DNA of 32,276 nt from positions 1 through 32,276 of the forward strand of contig JAYUFF010000630.1 of NCBI GenBank assembly GCA_043738825.1, given 5' to 3'. Made by a program: the position numbers and the translations under genes. Source of the DNA: Schlesneria sp. (GTDB lineage Bacteria > Planctomycetota > Planctomycetia > Planctomycetales > Planctomycetaceae). The notes beneath the pieces were generated by a model, which was given only the letters and a program-made list of their open reading frames with translations, did not search any database and had not been told where the DNA came from. This document shows, piece after piece, positions 18,184 through 26,817 of this stretch; positions within the stretch are counted from its first letter, which is position 1, and every line of letters starts with the position of its first letter.

Positions 18184-21100
18184 GTGAACGGACACCGAGT
18201 GGCGATCATCTTCGACAACACCCTCCGGCAGGAGACGACCGGGCTGTATTGTCGTCGGGCGCTGGGACAGCTCGTTGAGATCGAACACTTGTTACCGACC
18301 GATTTGGGCAGGATAAAGGCGGGAGAATTCGGTGCGTTCATCTACATCGATGATGGCCTCGCCTACAACCCTGCGCCTCACTTGCGCCCCAGCGTCTGGT
18401 GGGCCATCGACACTCATCTCGATTATGACCGTTGTCTGCGCAAAGCCCGGCTGTGTGATCTTGTATTCGCCGCGCAGCGCGACGGAGCGGAGCAACTGCA
18501 ACGGGATGGAGTTTCAGCGACCTGGCTACCGTTGGCCTGCGATCCTGATTTGCATCGCCCGCACAACAGCACTGAAGAGTTTGACTGGTGCTTCGTGGGG
18601 CATCTCTTCCCCGGCCCGCGGACCGAGTTGATCGAACGGTTGATGTCGCAGTTCCCCCGCGCCTTCGTCGGGCAGCGGTATTTTGAGGACATGGCACGGA
18701 CCTACAGTGCGTCGCGGTTGGTATTCAACCGGAGCGTCCGAAACGACGTCAATATGCGTGTGTTTGAGGCCCTTGCCTGCGGCTCCCTGCTGATTTCCAA
18801 CGATCTTGCAGAGAATGGGCAAGCGGAATTGTTTCAAGACGGCGTCCATCTGACGACGTACAGCACCCTGGACGAGTTATTCGACAGGATGCGATTCTAT
18901 TTGACGCACGACGTTGAACGGGAACGCATTGCCGCACAGGGGCGCGCTGCGGTCCTCGCCAAGCACACTTACCGTCACCGCATGGAAATCATCCTGTCGG
19001 CGCTCGGTGCTCAGTCAATCTCTGCTGCGTCGCGGCAACCGCAGACCAACGTCCCGCTCAAGGATGTCACGTACTTTGAATGGGATCGGCCGGATGTACT
19101 GGCTCTGATTCCCACCACGGCCCGGCGTGTCCTCGACCTCGGTTGTGGTGGTGGACGACTCGGGCAGACGCTCAAAGAGAGACAACCCGCGGAGGTCTGG
19201 GGGGTTGAGCGCGATCCGCAGGCTGCTGCCCATGCGGCACAGCGGTTGGACCACGTCATTACAGGCGATCTGGATAGCGAGTCATGGTCGCTGCCCACAG
19301 CCGGCATGGATGTTATCGTGTGCGCCGATGTGCTGGAACACCTTCGGCATCCTGAGCGAGTGTTGCAGCGCTGTCGCGCATGGCTTGCTTCAGGCGGCTG
19401 TCTCATTGCCAGTCTGCCAAATGTTCAGCATCACAGCGTCGCGTCGGGACTGCTTGAGGGAAACTTCACCTATGAACCGGCAGGGCTTCTCGACGAAGAT
19501 CATTTGCGACTGTTCACGCGCCGAGAGATCGACAAACTTTTCTTCCGCGCAGGCTACCGTATCGTCGAATGGCGTGCTGTCCCGGGAGAAGGCTATGCCG
19601 AATGGGACGCGGCCGATCGGCCGGGCGAAGTCCGCATCGGCGGTCTGCAAATCAGCGGTCTCGATTCCATTCGGGCCGAGGCGTTCTTTACCTACCAGTA
19701 TCTCGTCCGGGCCGAACCAATTCCCGTCCCCGACGACGGCGTGACCTCGATCATTCTCGTCACATACAACCAGTTGAACTACACCCGACAGTGCATCGAA
19801 AGTCTCCGTTTCCGCACGGAAGAACCATTCGAGTTGATCGTCGTCGATAATGGTTCGATGGATGGGACCGTTGACTACTTTCGCGCCCAACCCGACGTCA
19901 CGCTCGTTACCAATCGCGAGAACCGGGGCTTCCCGGCGGCCGTCAATCAGGGACTCCAGCTCGCGACGGGTTGCCAGATCTTGCTGCTGAACAATGACAC
20001 CATCCTAACCACGGGATGGTTGCGACGACTTCTCAATGCCCTGCATTCGGACTCCAAGATCGGCCTTGTGGGGCCGGTCTCCAACTCGGTAAGCGGGCTC
20101 CAGCAGATTCCAGTCGACTATCACCATCTCGCATCTCTCGACGGCTTTGCCTGGGAGTGGGGTTGTAAACATGCGGAACAACGAGTCGACCTCGACCGGC
20201 TCGTGGGTTTCTGCCTGCTCATTCGCCGCGAAGTGATCGACTTGATCGGCGTGCTGGACGAGCGATTTGGGACCGGCAATTTCGAAGATGACGACTATTG
20301 CCGTCGAGCACAGCAGGCGGGCTATCGCACGGTCGTTGCGGTCGACAGCTTTGTGCATCACTTTGGCAGTCGAACCTTCGTTGCGAGCGGTATCGATTTC
20401 GCCGCGCTGCTCAAGGAGAACGAACAGAAATACCGCGAGAAGTGGGACACTGCGCCTGCTGGTACGGGGGAAGATTCGCAATCTCCGTCCTTCGCCATCG
20501 CCGAGGCCCCCGGCGGCGGATTGCTGCTCGCACCGTTCAAACCGCAACTGTCGCTCTGCATGATCGTCCGCAACAACGAAACCACAATTCGGCCGTGCCT
20601 TGAAAGCATCCGGCCGTGGGTCGATGAAATGATCGTAGTCGACACTGGGTCAACCGATGCCACACCACAGATCTGCGCGGAGCTGGGTGCGAAGGTGTCT
20701 CATTGGCCGTGGCGTGATGACTTCTCGGCGGCCCGCAACGAGTCCCTCCAACATGCCACCGGTGAGTGGCTCTTCTGGATGGACTCGGATGATACGATGC
20801 CAGAGGAGTGTGGGCATCGACTCCGCGCTCTGGTGGATGGCCAACATGCGCGAGACGTTCTTGGTTACGTGATCCAGGTCCATTGTCCTAGTCCCAACGG
20901 CGACGGGTTGCATGATGTCACCGCCGTCGATCACGTCAAACTCTTCCGCAACCGATCCGATCTGCGTTTTGAACACCGGATTCACGAGCAAATTCTGCCG
21001 GCGATCCGGCGGGCTAACGGAGAAGTGGCGTTCACAGATATTCATGTGGTCCATTCGGGAGCCGACCATACCCCTGATGGTCGCCAACGAAAACTGGAAC

Positions 21101-22050
21101 GCGATTTCAAGCTGCTGCAGCTCGACCTGGCTGAACGTCCTGACCATCCGTTCGTCCTGTTCAACCTCGGCATGACCCACGCCGACTGTAGGCAACTTGA
21201 TGAAGCCATCCATTGGCTGGCGCGCTGCCTGGAAGTGTCACCACCGGATCAGTCTCATGTGTGCAAGACGTACGCGCTTCTCGTCAGCAGCCTGATGCAA
21301 CTTGGTGAGCTTGAACGCGCTCTTGCCGTATGCCAGCGTGGTCGAGGCCTGTTTCCCGGAGACAAAGAACTGCTCTTCCGGCAGGCGATGCTGGCTCATG
21401 AACTCGGAAATCTTGACGAAGCCGCAACCCTCTACCGAGATGTGCTCGCCCCCTCGAATGAGCGACATTTCGTCAGCGTGGATGTGGGGCTGGTTGGATA
21501 CAAAGCTCGGCACAATCTGGCGATTGTCTACGAACACCAAGCGCGGACAGATCTGGCCGAACAAGAATGGCGAGCCATTCTGGCGGAACAACCCCAGTAT
21601 CTTCCTGCGCAAATCGGCCTCGTTGACTGCCTGCTCCAACGCGGGGTCTTCGAGGAAGCCATTCCTCGAATCGAATCTCTTCGCCGCCACCCCGACACGG
21701 CAGCCGATGGTTTTCGCCTGGCGGCACGCCTTCTCGAAGCGCAGCAGGATGCTTCCGCCGCGATCGGCGAACTCCAACGAGGTCTTCAGGAATTTGTGGA
21801 AGACCCCGGCCTCCTCCGTGAACTCGCGCGACTACTGCATGCGAATGAGGATTACCCTACCGCGTTGGGAACTCTCGAACGTTTGACCTCCCTGGTTCCA
21901 GACGACGCAGCGGCATGGCACAACCGCGGAGTCGTTCTCGCACTCCTCAATCGCCACGATGATGCTCAACAGGCGTTTGCGAAAGCATCAGCACTCCGAA
22001 TGCCATCCACCCGATCGCCTCTGACGATTCACCGAGGGGGCTCGACTTGA
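18184..22050 (+). CDS. Multidomain protein: CgeB-like GT, class I methyltransferase, two GT2 domains and TPRs
   Basis: WLPLACDP...DVNMRVFEALACG; VLDLGCGGG...ADVLEHL; SIILVTYN..VVDNGS.D..LLNND..FEDDD; LSLCMIVRN..VDTGSTD..DFSAARN..WMDSD..HEQ; C-terminal TPRs. GTG 18184 follows GAAGGA (ORF track starts at 18109). Confidence 0.93.
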   Translation: MNGHRVAIIFDNTLRQETTGLYCRRALGQLVEIEHLLPTDLGRIKAGEFGAFIYIDDGLAYNPAPHLRPSVWWAIDTHLDYDRCLRKARLCDLVFAAQRDGAEQLQRDGVSATWLPLACDPDLHRPHNSTEEFDWCFVGHLFPGPRTELIERLMSQFPRAFVGQRYFEDMARTYSASRLVFNRSVRNDVNMRVFEALACGSLLISNDLAENGQAELFQDGVHLTTYSTLDELFDRMRFYLTHDVERERIAAQGRAAVLAKHTYRHRMEIILSALGAQSISAASRQPQTNVPLKDVTYFEWDRPDVLALIPTTARRVLDLGCGGGRLGQTLKERQPAEVWGVERDPQAAAHAAQRLDHVITGDLDSESWSLPTAGMDVIVCADVLEHLRHPERVLQRCRAWLASGGCLIASLPNVQHHSVASGLLEGNFTYEPAGLLDEDHLRLFTRREIDKLFFRAGYRIVEWRAVPGEGYAEWDAADRPGEVRIGGLQISGLDSIRAEAFFTYQYLVRAEPIPVPDDGVTSIILVTYNQLNYTRQCIESLRFRTEEPFELIVVDNGSMDGTVDYFRAQPDVTLVTNRENRGFPAAVNQGLQLATGCQILLLNNDTILTTGWLRRLLNALHSDSKIGLVGPVSNSVSGLQQIPVDYHHLASLDGFAWEWGCKHAEQRVDLDRLVGFCLLIRREVIDLIGVLDERFGTGNFEDDDYCRRAQQAGYRTVVAVDSFVHHFGSRTFVASGIDFAALLKENEQKYREKWDTAPAGTGEDSQSPSFAIAEAPGGGLLLAPFKPQLSLCMIVRNNETTIRPCLESIRPWVDEMIVVDTGSTDATPQICAELGAKVSHWPWRDDFSAARNESLQHATGEWLFWMDSDDTMPEECGHRLRALVDGQHARDVLGYVIQVHCPSPNGDGLHDVTAVDHVKLFRNRSDLRFEHRIHEQILPAIRRANGEVAFTDIHVVHSGADHTPDGRQRKLERDFKLLQLDLAERPDHPFVLFNLGMTHADCRQLDEAIHWLARCLEVSPPDQSHVCKTYALLVSSLMQLGELERALAVCQRGRGLFPGDKELLFRQAMLAHELGNLDEAATLYRDVLAPSNERHFVSVDVGLVGYKARHNLAIVYEHQARTDLAEQEWRAILAEQPQYLPAQIGLVDCLLQRGVFEEAIPRIESLRRHPDTAADGFRLAARLLEAQQDASAAIGELQRGLQEFVEDPGLLRELARLLHANEDYPTALGTLERLTSLVPDDAAAWHNRGVVLALLNRHDDAQQAFAKASALRMPSTRSPLTIHRGGST

Positions 22051-22110
22051 AGGACCGTTCGCCGGACTGCTCGAGCGAAATCTTCCCGCCTTCTCCGCTC
22101 ACGCCTGGCT

Positions 22111-22506
22111 TTAGGAAGCGTCCATGCGGGTCTTGGAGTCCGCCAATCCGTCGAGGGCAGACCGCAGCGCACGAATCACGAACTCGGCGCAATGCTGCCG
22201 ATCAGCGGGTAGACCTCCAAGAGCAGCAGTCAAATCAGCCGCTTGCAGAGCCTGGCACGCACTCAGCGACTGCCCCTGAATCAATTCCGTGAGAACGGAT
22301 GCACAAGCAATCGTGGGTCCGCAGCCATGACTACGAAAGCGAGCCTTTTGAATGTGATCGCGAGAATCCGTTAATGCGACATGCAACAGGACATATCGTC
22401 CTTTCCCTGGAACGCCGGCCATGCCGACCAGATCTGGGGATTCGAGAGTCCCCACATTGCGAGGCTCCTGAAAATGGTCCATCACCAGTTCCGTGAAACG
22501 TGGCAT
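22111..22506 (-). CDS. IscU/NifU-N-like scaffold homologue, atypical
   Basis: VMDHFQEPRNVG, ARFRSHGCG.TIA.AS.LTELI.G, LGGLP....HC. The first conserved Cys motif is replaced by GVPGKGRY. ATG 22506 with GGAG RBS. Confidence 0.85.
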   Translation of the reverse strand: MPRFTELVMDHFQEPRNVGTLESPDLVGMAGVPGKGRYVLLHVALTDSRDHIQKARFRSHGCGPTIACASVLTELIQGQSLSACQALQAADLTAALGGLPADRQHCAEFVIRALRSALDGLADSKTRMDAS

Positions 22507-22680
22507 CACCGTCTCCATCTCTGATCCGATGCGATTGCATCACCTCAACCAGACGCTGCGAGCGGGACCAGATGTCGCTACTTTGACAGCGGGAAAACCA
22601 TCACCACAAAAGATACCAGAGAGTGGGAATCGCTTGGCGGAATCGACCCGGAGAAATGGAAGAAAGACCCCGATCTTTGA

Positions 22681-23691
22681 TTATTGATCCTTTTGCAAAA
22701 GTTGCTCGACGAACCATACTTTGACCTCCCCCTTATGAATGCCTCCGCCGACTGCCAAGACTTTTCCATTGCCTGAAACGGCGACGGACCGAACAGACTC
22801 GAACGTTCTCAAGAGATGAATTCTCTTAAATATCGACAAATCCCAGACGGCGACACCTCCGAGATGGTACCCAACAGCTAGCAGCGATGTCCCCGGTACG
22901 AATTGGGCGGCAGTGACGCTTCCAAAACCAGCGGGCAGCTTTTCTTCGTTGTTCAGCGACCTTGGCAAACGGTGGCGCACACCAGTATCGACGTCGATGA
23001 CATCGACTCCCCAAGCGTCAAAAGCTGCCAACTGCCGTCTCTCAGTCGACGCGACGAATCCACCACGATCCAGCCGATCATACACTAGAGCTATCTGCAG
23101 ATTCCTCCTGTTGAGTTGAAAGAGATCCTTATTGCTCGAAGTTAGATTGTCAATGTCCGGAAAAAAAGCAACTGACGAAAATGGACCATCCTTACTGCTT
23201 GCTAGCACGTCAGACGACCAATCTTTAGTTCGCACGACCGCACACTCTCCAGTGCCAGCACGAGCACCATTACCACACACAGCTAGCAAACTTCCATCAG
23301 GGCTAAAGGTTGCGTCCCAAGTTCCTCCTTGAATTGGTCGCAACGATTGTGTAATTCTCCCGTCCGCCAAATTGGCCACAAACATCGTCGGGACACCGAG
23401 TGAGCCCGTACATACAACAAACGTCTTGCCATCAGGAGAACACCTTACTAAAACTGGCGTCACGTCGAGCTGAATCTTCCGCAGTTCCAATAAAGCACCT
23501 GTATTCCAGATCTGAATCGCCGTTATGCCAGCGCTTGCGCCGACTAAAAAGCGGCCGTCAGGTGAGAGCGAGATAGAGTCAATACGGTGATCTGGGATAC
23601 GTACTCTATCATTGTCATCAGCTGCTCTCACTATCGAGTGAGCAAAAAGAAACCCTGTAAAGCATGCGAACGCGATGACTCGGGATGCCAT
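22681..23691 (-). CDS. Secreted WD40 beta-propeller protein, candidate immunity protein for the upstream Rhs tip
   Basis: Signal peptide MASRVIAFACFTGFLFAHSIVRA; repeats SPDGRFL..IQIWN, SPDGKTF, FSPDGSLLA, VAVWD, SGNGKVLA..VKVW. The immunity role is inferred from position only. Confidence 0.8.
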   Translation of the reverse strand: MASRVIAFACFTGFLFAHSIVRAADDNDRVRIPDHRIDSISLSPDGRFLVGASAGITAIQIWNTGALLELRKIQLDVTPVLVRCSPDGKTFVVCTGSLGVPTMFVANLADGRITQSLRPIQGGTWDATFSPDGSLLAVCGNGARAGTGECAVVRTKDWSSDVLASSKDGPFSSVAFFPDIDNLTSSNKDLFQLNRRNLQIALVYDRLDRGGFVASTERRQLAAFDAWGVDVIDVDTGVRHRLPRSLNNEEKLPAGFGSVTAAQFVPGTSLLAVGYHLGGVAVWDLSIFKRIHLLRTFESVRSVAVSGNGKVLAVGGGIHKGEVKVWFVEQLLQKDQ

Positions 23692-23722
23692 AGTGCCCTC
23701 TATGAACAAATGGGAATCAAGT

Positions 23723-25078
23723 CTAATTGTTTCCGTGAGACTCGACCCAATGTCCCACATGGGGTGGGTCATTGTGATAAGCTCTCACGGTATTAGCTAC
23801 GCCCTGCGCTGGATTGAACATCAATATATTCCCAAGCGGACCACCGAGCATTCCCCAACCCATCCGACCAGCGCCCGCAAATGTCCATGTATTGGTTCCA
23901 AATGCGCTGGCACCAGTGCGCAGTAGTCCAGCAGCCGTTGTGGCAGCAAAGGCTGCTGTTTTACAGCCAACGTACCGAACCGAAGCATTGGTGGTAAACC
24001 AACAACCGGGTGGCATGTGCCTTTGGGTTGCAGCGGCGAACGATGGCCACTTCCAGGGTCCGTTCGTCACGCCCGCGGTATTCAGGTCGCTTATTCTGAA
24101 TCGTGCACTCATTAGGCCGCCACCCCCACCCATACCTCCGATTTTATTCGGATCCGCCATGTCGCCGTGACCAATAAAGGTAAGTGACGACAGAGGGGTA
24201 GCGCCTCTCGATGCTGCAGCACTAATTCTTGTTGCCGCCCCTGCGCCCGTTAAATTGGAATCCCCCATCGGGATCCCATAGAAGGCAGTTGACGCTCCAA
24301 TATAACCGTTGTTGTCTGCTCCGACGGACAATGTCAGCGAGTTCGCAGCAGTGCTTGTCAGGTTGGATACATCGTATAAGGCGCACTTGGTCCCGTTGTG
24401 TTTTTGCCAGTCTGCGGATTTCGCGTTTTTGTATCCTCCGCAACATAATGCACTTGCCGGGAAGTCTTGAAACTCAGGATCATCCGGGTCTCTGGGAGTG
24501 ATACATGACTGGTTCTTTTGTGCATTCAACAAAGGTGCAACTCGTGTGACCAATGCCGTAATCTTTTCGTTCTCTGAGTCGGGAAACCAGATGTTGCCGT
24601 CAAGCTGTGCCCATAATCCTGACGGATCGACAAATAGAGCAGGTGAGCTACTGACGTAAGCGTACTGATGTATTCCAGTGGTGATGAAGAACAGTCTATC
24701 AACGCTGAGCCACCGTCCGGCATCAAAGGAGTAAGTCCGGGCGCGTGCATAGCAAGAGGTGCCTTGAAGAGATCGCTCGTAACCGACTCGCCCGACCCAG
24801 CGGTAGGCATTCTCCGTCGCCCCCGTGGACGTGATCTCATTCCCCCAGGCGTCGTGGGTGTATGTATCGGTGACGGCTTGGGAGTCATCGGTAAGGAGCC
24901 GTGTGCTGCCGAGCGCGTCGAAGTGGAAATAGGAGGTTTGGCCACTTCGCTGCTGACTCACGAGCGAACCGTAGGCGACCGGTTCGTGTGAATAGGTGGC
25001 GAGCGTCGCGCCCGTCTCGTCCGTCTCTTGGAGGACACAATCATTTACGGTGTCCCAAACAAAGCGGCGTTTCGGCAT
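23723..25078 (-). CDS. Stand-alone Rhs core plus C-terminal toxin 2 (putative His/Cys caspase-fold peptidase)
   Basis: YFHFDALGSTR.LT, YTHDAWG, YARARTY....GRWLSVD, YAY...P..FVDPSGL. The tip contains LTFIGHG...VRYVGCKTA. Own ATG with GAGGA RBS. Confidence 0.85.
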   Translation of the reverse strand: MPKRRFVWDTVNDCVLQETDETGATLATYSHEPVAYGSLVSQQRSGQTSYFHFDALGSTRLLTDDSQAVTDTYTHDAWGNEITSTGATENAYRWVGRVGYERSLQGTSCYARARTYSFDAGRWLSVDRLFFITTGIHQYAYVSSSPALFVDPSGLWAQLDGNIWFPDSENEKITALVTRVAPLLNAQKNQSCITPRDPDDPEFQDFPASALCCGGYKNAKSADWQKHNGTKCALYDVSNLTSTAANSLTLSVGADNNGYIGASTAFYGIPMGDSNLTGAGAATRISAAASRGATPLSSLTFIGHGDMADPNKIGGMGGGGGLMSARFRISDLNTAGVTNGPWKWPSFAAATQRHMPPGCWFTTNASVRYVGCKTAAFAATTAAGLLRTGASAFGTNTWTFAGAGRMGWGMLGGPLGNILMFNPAQGVANTVRAYHNDPPHVGHWVESHGNN

Positions 25079-25118
25079 GGTTACGTTTCCTCTTCGACTC
25101 ATCGATTCCGTTCGCTCG

Positions 25119-25574
25119 TCACCGTTGAAAGTCAGTTAGTTCAACTACCTTCTGAACATCATCACCGCCGCCATTTTCATCGACTTGATTTTGTCCCGCT
25201 GATCGTATTGTTGCCGTACTCTTCTGATTCGAGTAAACAAAGATAAACGGATTCCCCCACGGATCGATTCCCTTGTGAACTAACTGGCAACGCTGCAGCC
25301 CGTAAGGGTCACGCGTATCGAGCCGGGCGTTTGATCTGCGTTCCATGGCAGCGATCACTGCACCGAGCCCGCCATCGGGAATCTTACCGCCGTCCGACAC
25401 AAACGCCCTAAGTGAAATTGCGAAAAGCCGCAGATCCTGGGTCGTATGTTCTGCATTGCCTCGGCGATGCGTTACTACGTCATGCACAACTAGCGTTGCG
25501 AAGCCAATACACGCAATTCCTATGGAAATTGAAATTCCGTGGAGTACACGATGCCATGTGCTACTAAACATCAT
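25119..25574 (-). CDS. GspG C-terminal-like (pseudopilin-type) membrane-anchored protein, candidate immunity protein
   Basis: N-terminal TM helix; DPWGNPF.F and IRSAGQN..D..GGGDDV match the T2SSG C-terminal pattern. No prepilin G/FxxxE site. ATGA overlap with the upstream toxin gene. Confidence 0.7.
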   Translation of the reverse strand: MMFSSTWHRVLHGISISIGIACIGFATLVVHDVVTHRRGNAEHTTQDLRLFAISLRAFVSDGGKIPDGGLGAVIAAMERRSNARLDTRDPYGLQRCQLVHKGIDPWGNPFIFVYSNQKSTATIRSAGQNQVDENGGGDDVQKVVELTDFQR

Positions 25575-26815
25575 TTTAGCGATTCAGGTAGATTGTCAGG
25601 ACATCGAAGCTGGCATGCGCAATTATCGGGAGTTTGTACACCTGCCGCTTTCAACAAAGATTCATACTCCCAACTCCATCCAGCCCCAATTTGGGCAATC
25701 GGACTGAGTCCTTTGCTGCAACGAAAATCCAAGCCGATCTTGGCACGCACATCATTTATATCCGCATCGATAATATTGCGCACATTTGTACCATTCACCG
25801 TTACCGGATCTGACTTAATTGCAGTAACATGTGACCACGCGGCGCGCCACAACTCGCGTGCCGCACTGCAGGAAAGTTTTTCAGGAAAGCTTTCCTCAAT
25901 GCCGAGTCCTGGAGGGAAATGCTGCCCTTCAGGTGTCAGTCCGGAATTCATATATCTTGTTTGAGTGATTTTATTTTCAAAATCGATAAAACCGGTAGTG
26001 GCATCAATTAGATATTGTGTTGTGTACGCCAATGCCTCCGCTTTAGTCTTTTCTTGTGTTGTATATGCCGGTGAGTACCAGCTATTCATATCGTCTAACA
26101 CATGCACACTTTCATGGACAACAGTGTGAGACTGCACGGGTTGAGTAGCGAGCATGAAGTTCGTTGTGGGAATGTACTGAGCCGAGCCGAACGGGTCGCT
26201 CAAAAAGTTGAGAATAATCTGCGTTGCATTACGCAGCTTGGTAAACGCCTGCCCCATTTCAGATACTTGGTAATAAACATATGTTTTATGTGGATTCTCC
26301 GCCGCAGTAAGCAATCCGTTCCATTGAGTACGAAGCTCCTGAAGAGTGGGCATCAATCCAGATGGATCGGTGGTGTAAGTTGGTCGTTCGTCTGTGTACG
26401 TGTAGACTCCCTCAGCAGCAAATACGAACAACGGATCGGCTGACAACCATCGTGCTGTTGTAGGCACAAAAATGCGAGCTCTAACATAAATGCAAAGTGT
26501 TGATATGTCATACTGATAGCCGCTTTGTCCCACCCAACGATATGAGTTTACGGTGGATCCCATGGAAGAGATTTCATTACCCCACGCATCGTATGTATAT
26601 GTGTCTGTCGCAAGCTGGAGGTCGTTTGTGAGCAGCCGTGTCGAGCCGAGCGCATCAAAATGGAAGTAGGATGTCTGGCCGCTCCGCTGCTGGCTCACGA
26701 GCGAGCCGTAGACCACCGGTTCGTGCGTATAGGTCGTCAGCGTCGCGCCCGTCGCGTTCATCTCTTGAAGGACACAGTCATTTACGGTGTCCCAAACAAA
26801 GCGGCGTTTCGGCAT
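25571..26815 (-). CDS. Stand-alone Rhs core plus C-terminal toxin 1 (putative HExxH metallopeptidase)
   Basis: YFHFDALGSTR, YTYDAWG, YVRARIF.P..ARWLSADP, P....DPSGL. The tip has VVHESVHVLD (26102-26116) and a downstream E in AEALAY. Confidence 0.87.
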   Translation of the reverse strand: MPKRRFVWDTVNDCVLQEMNATGATLTTYTHEPVVYGSLVSQQRSGQTSYFHFDALGSTRLLTNDLQLATDTYTYDAWGNEISSMGSTVNSYRWVGQSGYQYDISTLCIYVRARIFVPTTARWLSADPLFVFAAEGVYTYTDERPTYTTDPSGLMPTLQELRTQWNGLLTAAENPHKTYVYYQVSEMGQAFTKLRNATQIILNFLSDPFGSAQYIPTTNFMLATQPVQSHTVVHESVHVLDDMNSWYSPAYTTQEKTKAEALAYTTQYLIDATTGFIDFENKITQTRYMNSGLTPEGQHFPPGLGIEESFPEKLSCSAARELWRAAWSHVTAIKSDPVTVNGTNVRNIIDADINDVRAKIGLDFRCSKGLSPIAQIGAGWSWEYESLLKAAGVQTPDNCACQLRCPDNLPESLK

Positions 26816-26817
26816 GG

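Noticed and set aside
22583-22612. TTGACA as a sigma70 promoter
   Set aside because: No credible -10 box at 16-18 bp, and it points antisense into the WD40 gene.
25119-25574. Bona fide gspG of a type II secretion operon
   Set aside because: No prepilin peptidase motif and no other T2SS genes nearby, so no gene symbol was given.
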